Shown here in pieces: positions 39,077-50,222 of a DNA stretch of 64,000 bases. Both the position numbers and the translations under genes were made by a program. The DNA comes from Eledone cirrhosa (lineage: Eukaryota). The notes under the pieces are model-generated. The model was not told the DNA's origin. It saw only the letters and a list, made by a program, of their open reading frames with translations, and did no database searches. Location of the stretch: positions 18,352,001 through 18,416,000 of the forward strand of contig OZ024762.1 of the NCBI GenBank assembly GCA_964016885.1. The letters run 5' to 3'. Within the stretch, counting starts at the first letter, position 1. Each line of letters starts with the position of its first letter.

Positions 39077-40719
39077 TTACCTCTCTGCGTCCCGGGAAAC
39101 GGGCCGCTCAATTTCCATGCTGGTTGGGGATGGGTTGTTGGGTGGGGTTGTGGTTTGTGGAAGTGAAGGGGCATCGGTGTGTTGTGGGGTTGGGGTGTTT
39201 GTCGTTGAGTGGGTGTCTGGGTGAGGTGGGGGGGTGAAATTTTTTAGGAGGACGCGGTTGATTGGTTTGGCGCAGGGGGGGCCCACGTCCTCCGTGAAAT
39301 TTATTTTCAGTGTTTTGTACAAGTGCATTGGGACTTTTATCATTTTCAAATGAGGTAGTCCCACAGCAGTTATAAAGTTTGGCCCTTCGGTTTGGACCGA
39401 AGGGTTTGCTGAAATTGTTTTCCGTAATTCTTTGTTGTCTGTGTTCATGTATGTGTATTGTAATGTCTTTTTTTGTGTAGCAGTTAGTGTTGTGTGACAG
39501 GGAGGGGTGGTTTGTGTGTAGTTTGTGTTCTCTTGGGGGGGATTAAAGTTAACATGTGTGTCTGTGGTGCGTCTCCTCTTCTTTCTTTTTACTTGTTGGA
39601 AGGGATCTTTTTCGTCTTGCGACGAAAGAGGTTCGTCTTCCTTGTTGGGTGGGAGGGGTATGTTTTCTGGTAGTGTTTGCGGTGTGCGTGTTTTTGTATT
39701 TGTTTTGGGTGGGGAGGGATTGGGTGGGACAGTATTCTGTGTTATTTTTTCACGTGTTTGTTGTTGTTGTTGTTGTGGTGGTGGTGGTGGGGTTGTTGGT
39801 TTTTGTTGTTGTTGTGGTTGTTTTTGTTGTTGTAGTTGGGGTGGTGTTGGTGTTGGTAGCAGTGTTTTTTTCTGTGTGAGCTGGGGACAGGCAGCCCTCA
39901 GGTGACCTCTATTGCCACAGAGGTAACAGGAGGGACGCCTACCCTCCACAATAATGTTGAGGTGGGTACGGTCATCCAGCATGACGCGCTCAGGGATTTG
40001 GGCGATGCGTTCTGGCCTTATTTGGGTCAGAACTTCGATGCTCGTTCCACTGAACGCGTCGCCGGATGCCTTCCCTATTGAGATGAGGTTGTCCTCGTCT
40101 AAATTGAGGAAACCGGTTAGTAACCACCAGTAGTTTATGTTTGGGGTGATGGTGGTTATCCATATCCTCTGGGTTTTTTTACCCATGTAGGTAGGGAAGA
40201 AGGTGTAGTGTGTGGACCGAATTGGCGACACAGAGTATTTTTTTGCCGCCAATTCGTCTTTCATCAATATGGATAAACTCCCATAGAGTTTATCCTTTTG
40301 TATGAAAGTGATGTCTCTCATCGCGTCTTTCAAGACTAACTGAGTTTCCGCTTGAGATGGTTGCGCTGGTTTCTTTGTTTTATTTAAAATTGTTCGGAAT
40401 ACGATAGTTCGTAATTCCGTCTGTCTTTTTAGCTCCGGAGGTGAATGTATAGAAAACGATCCGTTTTCGCCAAAAGACACATATTTCTTGGCTTTTTCCA
40501 GCATTTCTTTTGCTTTTGAAATATCTTCCAGCACATAAGCGACTGATAATTTAGCCGTTTGTGCAAAAGATATTTTGTTTTCGTTTTGGATATTAGTATT
40601 GTTTTGTTTCTCGTCGTTTGAGTTGTTTTCATCTTTGTTGTTGTTGTTGTCTTTCTCGTTTCGTGTGTGGATACTTGTGACGTTTGTGTTGTTGTTGTTT
40701 TTGTTGTCTTTATTGTTGC

Positions 40720-40750
<31 letters not shown>

Positions 40751-40927
40751 GTTTTCAAATTCTTGTGTAGTTGTGGCTACATCTAGTGGTCGGTCAACAG
40801 GTGAAGACAATTCTTCCTCTCTCTGACCTCTGCCTTTGGCATCTGCTGCTGTGACAGTGGCAGGGGGAAGCTGTGAGTATGACTTCCCCTTTCCTTCTTT
40901 GATTGATGGTGAAGATGATTCAGCCAT
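39077..40927 (-). CDS. LINE ORF1 (gag-like nucleic-acid-binding protein with CCHC knuckle)
   Basis: About 616 aa from ATG 40927. CYLCGNRGHLRAAC is a CX2CX4HX4C knuckle preceded by EGRRPS, as in Tx1/L1 ORF1s. Confidence 0.88.
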
Positions 40928-41441
40928 TTTTCTCAAAATAGGGTTTTTCGAAGTTTTTCGAAAGATAAAATGTTCACAATACTATTTCGCCCAAAGGCGC
41001 AGAATATTTTGAGAGACCGACCAGATCAAAATTTGACCTGGCAGTCCCTCTACAAAATGATACAAAAATGAAAGTTTACAGTTTACAATTTCCGTATGAA
41101 TTTAAACAAAAACTTACCGAGCGAGCTCAGCACATGTGTCCATCGTAGAGAGAGATAGATAGATAGATAGGCAGATGTACAGGTCTATAGATAGACAGGC
41201 AGATGTACAGGTCTATAGATAGACAGACAGATGTACAGGTGTATAGACAGACAGATGTACAGGTGTATAGATAGACAGGCAGATGTACAGGTGTATAGAT
41301 AGATATATGGATGGACAGGTAGATAGACAGACAGATGTACATACATTAACAGATGTACAGGTAGACACATGTATGAACAGACAGCTGTAGAGAGAGACAC
41401 ACACACACAGTGCAGACAGACAGAACATAGTGCAAACTTAC

Positions 41442-41685
41442 CGGTGTCAACAGAGAAAGGTGCATCTACTGCACCAGCTGATGCAGCGTGATTTTGACCA
41501 GCTGCTTGAAGCAGATGAGCCTTGGTGCAACTAATTTTCGGAAAAGACTGGTTGTTTTCAAAAGACTCGTTGCTGCTGCTGCATCCTTCATAGAGTGCAG
41601 CTGCATGCAGATCATAATGGTCCTCGCAGAGGTACTGGTCAAGCTTTGGTCGGCTGGAGGATATTGTTGTTTCACTGGACCTTGG
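41442..41685 (-). CDS. PASK: PAS kinase coding exon 3 (PRSSETT...NQSFPK...SVDT)
   Basis: Acceptor ttctgtctctaccag and donor CCG|GTAAGT. Non-repetitive open frame, phase 0 in and phase 1 out, compatible with exon 4. Confidence 0.78.
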
Positions 41686-41957
41686 CTGGTAGAGACAGAA
41701 AGACAAAGTAGAAGAGAGAGAGACAGTAGAAGATATTCAGAGAGAAAGAGAGGGAGGGAGAGAGAGTAGAAGATAGTCAGAGAGAGAGAGAGGGAGAGAG
41801 AGTAGAAGATAGTCAGAGAGAGAGAGGGAGGGAGAGTAGAAGATAGTCAGAGAGAGAGAGGGAGACAGTAGAAGATAGTCAGAGAGAGGGAGGAGGGAAA
41901 GAGAAATAGTACAAGATAGAGAGAGAGAGAAAGTGTAGAAGATATATATATATATAT

Positions 41958-42617
41958 ATGAAAAAATTAGAAATAAGAGGGATCAGATGTTGTTTACTCG
42001 AGAGAAGGCTACGTTGGTACGGTCACGTGATGCGCATGAAAGACGACAGCTGTATAACAAAGTGCAGGGCAATAAAGATAGACGGTAGCCACGGAGTAGG
42101 CAGACCCAGAAAAACGTGGGACGACATGATAAATTCCGACCTCACACGCTTACACCTCTCCAAGACAATGTCACTGGACCGAGACCTTTGGCGGTACTCA
42201 GTAATAGAGAAGACCCGCCTTACCTAAATACAAAGTAAAAACCTACTACAGTCAGTAGGCATCTCTATCAAAACACACCCCCGTCCCACCACCTCCACCC
42301 CACCCACACCGCCCCTTTCAATGTAAAGTTATGTTGGTCCCACAACATCCAGGCCGAAACAAATGAGATCGTGTAGGTGTCACGACAAAAAAACACACAG
42401 TCCACGCTGTAAATGTGGCCGTGTAGGCAACACGGTAAAAACCTCCCAGCCCCACACTGTAAATGTGGTTGGTGTTAGGAAGGGCATCCAGCTGTAGAAA
42501 ACCCGCCAGACAGTCCTATGCGAGCAAGACAACCACTCTTGCCTCAAATGGGAAAACCCCCGTCCAAACCCATGCAAGCGTGGAACACGGACGCTAAACC
42601 TGATGATGATGATGATG
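41958..42617 (+). mobile_element. 5'-truncated RTE LINE 3' end with UTR and (GAT)n tail
   Basis: RRLRWYGHVMRM...GRPRKTW...DRDLWR. Confidence 0.88.
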
Positions 42618-42899
42618 ATATATATATATATATATATTTATATTTACATAGTGTAAACAAAAGCTCTCTTCCAACAGATCGAGCACCGTTTTCCTGGATC
42701 TTTCATCTCTGGAGTTCTACCATCATCATCATTTGTCCATCTTCCATGCTAGCATGGGTTGGACGGGTTTGTCCCACTTGAGGCGAGATTGGTTGGGAGA
42801 CCGTGTCTCGTTTGTACAGAACTGTCTCTGGCAGGTTTTCTACGGCTGGATGCCCTTCCTAACACCAACCACTTTACAGTATGGACTGGGTGCTTTTTG

Positions 42900-42935
<36 letters not shown>

Positions 42936-43065
42936 CAATATCATAATCATCGCTTTATGTCTATTTTTCCACACTAGCATGGGTTAGACAAGTTGTCCTG
43001 TTGTGGGCAATGCTATGTCAGGTGACCATGTCTTGCTCATACAGAACTGACTTTGGCTTGGTTTC

Positions 43066-43118
<53 letters not shown>

Positions 43119-43279
43119 AGAGAGAGAGAGAGAGAGAGATTCATATTATTCAATTTATCTAACCCTGTTGATACCAAACCACCTGAAACTGCCCTTGGTT
43201 CACTGATGCTAATCTGTTTATTTGAAAGTGTTTATAATTATTTAAAAACTTGCAAACATAATTTCATATAAGAACCATT

Positions 43280-43560
43280 GCATAGCTCAGAGATCAGAGA
43301 GTCACTCCAGGTAGAGCCGCTATTTCTCTGAATTGAGAGATCACAGCTCCGATACTATTGACATGTGGTTAGAATGTCTCAGGAAAGAATCGCTGGACAG
43401 GAGACCGAGGGGTAGATACCGAGCTTGGCTGGTCACGTTTGGGATCCAGTCGGATCAGCTGGAGAGGGTTGCTTCTGACAAGGCTTGCTGGAAGGAGTGT
43501 TTGAGGATTCTGCCCCCACGACCCTCTCAGGAATAAGTGGGCAAAGAAGAAGAAGAACCA
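43280..43560 (+). mobile_element. RTE 3' fragment with (GAA)n tail
   Basis: Homologous to 7600-7905. Confidence 0.75.
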
Positions 43561-43732
43561 TTGTTAAGTTATGTTCCAAACCCCAGCTTAATAATGAGAA
43601 ATAGAAAACTAAACCCCTACACATAACCATTGGAACCAGCCCCCCATGGATGCCGTAAATGGCAAGGCGAATAGTTGAAAACATAGATTGGTAGGATCAA
43701 GTCAGATCTTGAACTACTCTCTGGTTATTGTA

Positions 43733-44436
43733 TATCTGGTGTCTACCATTGGAATGGTGACTGGCTGATAATATCTGCATATCTGGTGTCTACCATTGGA
43801 ATGGTGACTGGCTGATAATATCTCCATATCTGGTGTCTACCATTGGAATGGTGACTGGCTGATAATATCTCCATATCTGGTGTCTACCATTGGAATGGTG
43901 ACTGGCTGATAATATCTCCATATCTGGTGTCTACCGTTGGAATGGTGACTGGCTGATAATATCTCCATATCTGGTGTCTACCATTGGAATGGTGACTGGC
44001 TGATAATATCTCCATATCTGGTGTCTACCATTGGAATGGTGACTGGCTGATAATATCTGCATATCTGGTGTCTACCATTGGAATGGTGACTGGCTGATAA
44101 TATCTGCATATCTGGTGTCTACCATTGGAATGGTGACTGGCTGATAATATCTGCATATCTGGTGTCTACCATTGGAATGGTGACTGGCTGATAATATCTC
44201 CATATCTGGTGTCTACCATTGGAATGGTGACTGGCTGATAATATCTCCATATCTGGTGTCTACCATTGGAATGGTGACTGGCTGATAATATCTGCATATC
44301 TGGTGTCTACCATTGGAATGGTGACTGGCTGATAATATCTGCATATCTGGTGTCTACCATTGGAATGGTGACTGGCTGATAATATCTCCATATCTGGTGT
44401 CTACCGTTGGAATGGTGACTGGCTGATAATATCTAC
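43733..44436. repeat. 47-bp tandem repeat, about 15 copies
   Basis: Unit TATCTGGTGTCTACCATTGGAATGGTGACTGGCTGATAATATCTSCA. Confidence 0.95.
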
Positions 44437-44825
44437 ATGGAAGAACTGTGAACATCATGCAAAGGCTGACTTTGTCCATCATGTTGTGGAAGCAGTGGTT
44501 AGAAGTAGCATATGCGGATATATCTGTGCCTGAGGTCTGTCATTGCTGTACATGGGCAGCCTTTGTCTGTCATGCTGAGGAGGCAGTGGTTTGAGCTGGC
44601 ATATATGGTGCCTGTTGTTGGAATGTTGACCGACTGATGACAACATTTACATCAAACAGCATGGGATCACCGTTTATAGGCTGCCTTTGTCTGTGGATAT
44701 ATTGGTTGAAGCCAACATATATGGTGTCTACCAAGAGAGAGACAGAAAGAGCGGGAAAGAGCGGGAGAGAGGGGGAAGGAGAGGTGGGGAGAGAGAGAGA
44801 GCGAGCATGAGAAAAAGTGACTTAC

Positions 44826-44925
44826 CATTTTCCCTGAATTTGGTTTCCAAGGATTAATGTACTCACAAGACTGAGTGATACCTTTTGAAGGTAGTTGATG
44901 GTAATCATGGAACGGAATGCTGGAA
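44826..44925 (-). CDS. PASK: PAS kinase coding exon 2 (SSIPFHDYHQLPSKG...NSGKM)
   Basis: Acceptor ttgttttcttcttag and donor ATG|GTAAGT. The 100 nt are open with phase 2 in and phase 0 out, linking exon 1 to exon 3. Confidence 0.7.
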
Positions 44926-44971
44926 CTAAGAAGAAAACAACATCAACATCATCATTATTATATGTGTTTAA

Positions 44972-45202
44972 CCCTTTCGTGACTGTGTTTCTAAGAAATT
45001 CACTCTTTTTTAATTAATAAATGAAATTATTGAGGGATTTACTCAAACCATTAATTATTTTATTATTAAGTTAGTAACTTAATGTAAGGTGCTAATATAA
45101 AATTATGTTGGAAAATTTTAAATTAAATTGGAAATGTTTAAAATGGTTGGTTTTATTTCATAGAAGCAGAGCTGAGATTTGGCTGGGCTGGTAACTAAAG
45201 GG
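44972..45202. mobile_element. piggyBac-like MITE
   Basis: TTAA|CCCTTTCGTGAC ... GTAACTAAAGGG|TTAA. Confidence 0.65.
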
Positions 45203-45319
45203 TTAATGTCCACTTTCCCTGCTAGCAACAGTTCTGAAGTAGGGCTACTGACCTCCCATACAGGTCAAGCATCTTGCTTATGTATGGTCATAAGTTCGAT
45301 AGAGTGAGGAGATCCTCCT

Positions 45320-46100
45320 AACACCTTGGTTGGCAAGCTTTCTACAGATGGATGCCCTTCATATCACCAACCACTTTACAGCCTGTACTGGGTGTTTTTA
45401 TTGTGAAGATCACCAGGACTAGGGAGGTTGTCATGTCCTTGACACAAATAAAGGGTCCTTCCAACACCTTGGTTGGCAAGCTTTCTACAGCTGGATGCCC
45501 TTCCTATCACCAACCACTTTACAGCATGTACTGGGTGTTTTTATTGTGAAGATCACCAGGGCTAGGGAGGTTGTCATGTCCTTGACACAAATAAAGGGTC
45601 CTTCCAACACCTTGGTTGGCAAGCTTTCTACAGCTGGATGCCCTTCCTATCACCAACCACTTTACAGCATGTACTGGGTGTTTTTATTGTGAAGATCACC
45701 AGGGCTAGGGAGGTTGTCATGTCCTTGACACAAATAAAGGGTCCTTCCAACACCTTGGTTGGCAAGCTTTCTACAGCTGGATGCCCTTCATATCACCAAC
45801 CACTTTACAGCCTGTACTGGGTGTTTTTATTGTGAAGATCACCAGGGCTAGGGAGGTTGTCATGTCCTTGACACAAATAAAGGGTCCTTCCAACACCTTG
45901 GTTGGCAAGCTTTCTACAGCTGGATGCCCTTCATATCACCAACCACTTTACAGCCTGTACTGGGTGTTTTTATTGTGAAGATCACCAGGACTAGGGAGGT
46001 TGTCATGTCCTTGACACAAATAAAGGGTCCTTCCAACACCTTGGTTGGCAAGCTTTCTACAGCTGGATGCCCTTCATATCACCAACCACTTTACAGCATG
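45320..46100. repeat. 143-bp tandem repeat (about 5.5 copies) derived from the dispersed repeat
   Basis: ORF starts recur at 45352, 45495, 45638, 45781 and 45924. Confidence 0.95.
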
Positions 46101-46530
46101 TATATAAAAAAATAAAAGATGAAAAACAATAATGACATCATCATCATCATCACCATCATTTAACATATCTTTTCCCTGCAAGCCAGGGTTCAGAATGGAA
46201 AAGTTGATACAAAAGTGATGATGATGGTTTGTGTAGTTGTGTTTTTTGTATGGCTGCCTGGTAGGAAATACTGAGGACTGTCAGTATACTGTATTCCTGC
46301 ATGTTGTAAGAAATAACCAACATAGTTGGGGTCAGGAAGGGTATTCAACTGTAAAACATTGCCTCAAAATATCCTCGTCCAACCCATGCCAGCATGGAAA
46401 AGTCAACCTAAAAACGATGATGATGATGATGATGATGGTGGTAATGGTGATCATGAGGATTGTGATGATTATGATGATGGGGATGATGATGATGGTGATT
46501 GTGATGGTGGTGATGATTGTAACAGTGATG

Positions 46531-46561
<31 letters not shown>

Positions 46562-46982
46562 CAATGATAATGGTGATAATGATGATGATGGGGTGACTGT
46601 GTTGATGATGATGATTGTGATGGTGATTATGATGATGATGGTAATGATGATGATAGGGGGGGGGGACGATGATGATGATGGAGATGGTAATAATGGAATT
46701 GGTGATGGTGATGATGGTAATGATGATGATGGAGGTGATGATGATGCTAAACACTTTAAAATAAACAGCTTTGTATGATAGGACCAGGGGTGGTTTAAGG
46801 CACCCTCTCCCCCACCCTAGTAAAATAAATAATCTGTCATAATCAAGACAGTAGGATTAAGGTTTCTACGAGTTGGCTAACATGACCAATGTGTATGTGT
46901 GTGCATGTATAATGTATGTGCGTGTGTGTGTATATATGTATGGATGTGTGTGTATGTACATGCTTATGTGTGTATGTTTTAT

Positions 46983-47610
46983 GTCAGGTCACCAGTTGGT
47001 GCTACTGGTAACATGTATTCCAGTACAACCTGTCCCATGGTCGGGTCGTTGGCGACTAAACTGGCAACCCCACCAAGGTTTCTTGGTGAGGAGGGTGACT
47101 TTGGACATCCTGCAGGACTAAAAACAAAACCTGTCAAAGGGCAAAGGATCTCTTAAGAGTCAATGGCCATCCAAAATCACCGGGAGAGATGACCCCTTAG
47201 CCTTTGTCAAGGCAGAATTCTAGGAGAAGGAAAACTCTGATATAACACCTGCAACCCTGATGGTATCCAATGATGTTGACTTGTTCTTCTTTTTGGTAAA
47301 TATCATCTTGGTTAAGAGAGTGGGACTGGCTTTGTGCAGTGCCTTTGCTCACTATAAAAGCTTCATGGCACAGGCATTGCTTTATATCTGGAGATCTCTC
47401 TGCATTTGTCGTCACATGGTACCATGGGCCCAGCACTGTCAATAATTGTCACAAGTGTAGTGTTTGTACCAGAGCTTTCAAGTCGCTGGCTGGACTAAAA
47501 AGTCACACTCGTTCAGCGTATCGGTAGGGGTTCTCCTACATGGATATAAAGTAGTGGCCGTACTCGAAAACGAGTTGGCAGCCACCATGTGTGTATGTAT
47601 GTATATATAT
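46983..47610 (+). mobile_element. Short non-autonomous RTE-like element (5' UTR-like head, 3' zinc-finger remnant, TATG tail)
   Basis: The 3' part encodes CSVCTRAFKSLAGLKSH. A near-identical inverted copy lies at 62580-63058. Confidence 0.65.
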
Positions 47611-47761
47611 ATGTATATGTGTAAGTGGAATAAGTGCCAACAGTATGTGTGCCAAATCTCTGGCTCGGGCTCATTCTCAACAGGTATACAGGTAGATAGA
47701 GGCAATCAATTGATTGTGCTGCTAGTAAAAATGTTCACTTTGATGTCTGGTAAACAGGTTT

Positions 47762-49090
47762 TATGGCTACCTTTGATCAGCTTAGTGGTTAGGGCAGAGA
47801 CGGGGAGCCTGCAGCCTTCTCTGTGGCCTATGGCTACCTTTGATCAGCTTAGTGGTTAGGACAGAGATGGGGAGCCTGCAGCCTTCTATGTGGCCTATAG
47901 CTACCTTTGATCAGCTTAGTGGTTAGGGCAGAGACGGGGAGCCTGCAGCCTTCTCTGTGGCCTATGGCTACCTTTGATCAGCTTAGTGGTTAGGACAGAG
48001 ATGGGGAGCCTGCAGCCTTCTATGTGGCCTATAGCTACCTTTGATCAGCTTAGTGGTTAGGGCAGAGACGGGGAGCCTGCAGCCTTCTCTGTGGCCTATG
48101 GCTACCTTTGATCAGCTTAGTGGTTAGGGCAGAGACAGGGAGCCTGCAGCCTTCTCTGTGGCCTATGGCTACCTTTGATCAGCTTAGTGGTTAGGGCAGA
48201 GATGGGGGAGCCTGCAGCCTTCTATGTGGCCTATAGCTACCTTTGATCAGCTTAGTGGTTAGGGCAGAGACGGGGAGCCTGCAGCCTTCTCTGTGGCCTA
48301 TGGCTACCTTTGATCAGCTTAGTGGTTAGGACAGAGATGGGGAGCCTGCAGCCTTCTCTGTGGCCTATAGCTACCTTTGATCAGCTTAGTGGTTAGGGCA
48401 GAGACGGGGAGCCTGCAGCCTTCTCTGTGGCCTATGGCTACCTTTGATCAGCTTAGTGGTTAGGACAGAGATGGGGAGCCTGCAGCCTTCTATGTGGCCT
48501 ATGGCTACCTTTGATCAGCTTAGTGGTTAGGGCAGAGACGGGGAGCCTGCAGCCTTCTATGTGGCCTATGGCTACCTTTGATCAGCTTAGTGGTTAGGAC
48601 AGAGATGGGGAGCCTGCAGCCTTCTATGTGGCCTATGGCTACCTTTGATCAGCTTAGTGGTTAGGACAGAGATGGGGAGCCTGCAGCCTTCTATGTGGCC
48701 TATAGCTACCTTTGATCAGCTTAGTGGTTAGGGCAGAGACGGGGAGCCTGCAGCCTTCTCTGTGGCCTATAGCTACCTTTGATCAACTTAGTGGTTAGGG
48801 CAGAGACGGGGAGCCTGCAGCCTTCTATGTGGCCTATAGCTACCTTTGATCAACTTAGTGGTTAGGGCAGAGATGGGGGAGCCTGCAGCCTTCTCTGTGG
48901 CCTATAGCTACCTTTGATCAGCTTAGTGGTTAGGGCAGAGACGGGGAGCCTGCAGCCTTCTCTGTGGCCTATAGCTACCTTTGATCAGCTTAGTGGTTAG
49001 GGCAGAGATGGGGAGCCTGCAGCCTTCTATGCCATTCTGTGTGGTCTATGGCTACCTTTGATTGGCTTAGTGGTTAGGGCAGGGAGCCTG
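47762..49090. repeat. 67-bp tandem repeat, about 19-20 copies, containing a tRNA/SINE A-box-like motif
   Basis: Unit TATGGCTACCTTTGATCAGCTTAGTGGTTAGGGCAGAGACGGGGAGCCTGCAGCCTTCTCTGTGGCC. Confidence 0.95.
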
Positions 49091-49829
49091 CACATAATGT
49101 GGCCTTTCAACATGAAAAGGTTACCCACCTCTGGGTTAGGGTGTTGGGCTCACGATCATAAGGTCGTATGTTCAGTTCCCGGATCGGGTGGCACATTGTG
49201 TTCTTGAGCAAGACACTTCATTTCCTGTCCAGTTGCTTTTCATGATGGCACTGCGGCCCATATCATTAAAACACCTGAGAAACCTCTTATAGGATGCAAC
49301 CTTGTGTGAGGCTTACTAAACACACTGAGGTGTGAACTGTAACCACATACATTTATATATGTCAGGGGCCACCACACAGATTTACACAACGCACACACAC
49401 TTAGACAACATACACAACATACACACACACAACACACACACACACTTAGACAACATACACAACATATATTTACACATACACACAACACACACTTAAACAA
49501 TATACACACACAACACACACTTAAACAATATACACACACAACACACACTTAAACAATATACACACACAACACACACTTAAACAATATACACACACAACAC
49601 ACACTTAAACAATATACACACACAACACACACACAACACACACACTTAAACAACACACACAACACACACTTAACATACACACACACACAACACACACTTA
49701 AACAACATACACACACAACAGACACACTTGAAAGGAATTTCAAACATCCAGGTTACAATTGTCCTAATTCAACTATTTCTTGATATCTCTCTGTGATATT
49801 TATACTGTCTATATACAAGATAAACTATC

Positions 49830-50222
49830 TTCACTCCACCTTCACTTTCAGATACACTCCACCTTCACTTTCAGATACACTCCAGACATAACTAACACCT
49901 TCACTTTCAGATACACTCCACCTTCACTCCAGACATAACTAACACCTTCACTTTCAGATACACTCCACCTTCACTCCAGACATAACCCACACTTTCACTT
50001 TCAGATACACTCCACCTTCACTTTCAGATACACTCCAGACATAACTAACACCTTCACTTTCAGATACACTCCACCTTCACTCCAGACATAACTAACACCT
50101 TCACTTTCAGATACCCTCCACCTTCACTCCAGACATAACCGTCACCTTCACTTTCAGATACACTCCACCTTCACTCCAGACATAACCGCCACCTTCACTC
50201 CAACATAACCCACACCTTCACA
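49830..50222. repeat. Minisatellite built from CACCTTCACT(TT/CC)CAGA units
   Basis: Directly visible. Confidence 0.85.

Larger units (their letters stand above)
35351..41146 (-). mobile_element. Full-length L1-clade/Tx1-like non-LTR retrotransposon
   Basis: Two intact ORFs, a 5' UTR, and a 3' UTR ending in AATAAAAGAAAC. Inserted in a (TAGA/CAGA)-TGTACAGG satellite with a 117-bp direct repeat on both sides. Confidence 0.95.

Noticed and set aside
43733-49090. 47-bp, 143-bp and 67-bp arrays as CRISPR arrays
   Set aside because: The units are contiguous with no unique spacers, there are no cas genes, and the context is a eukaryotic intron.
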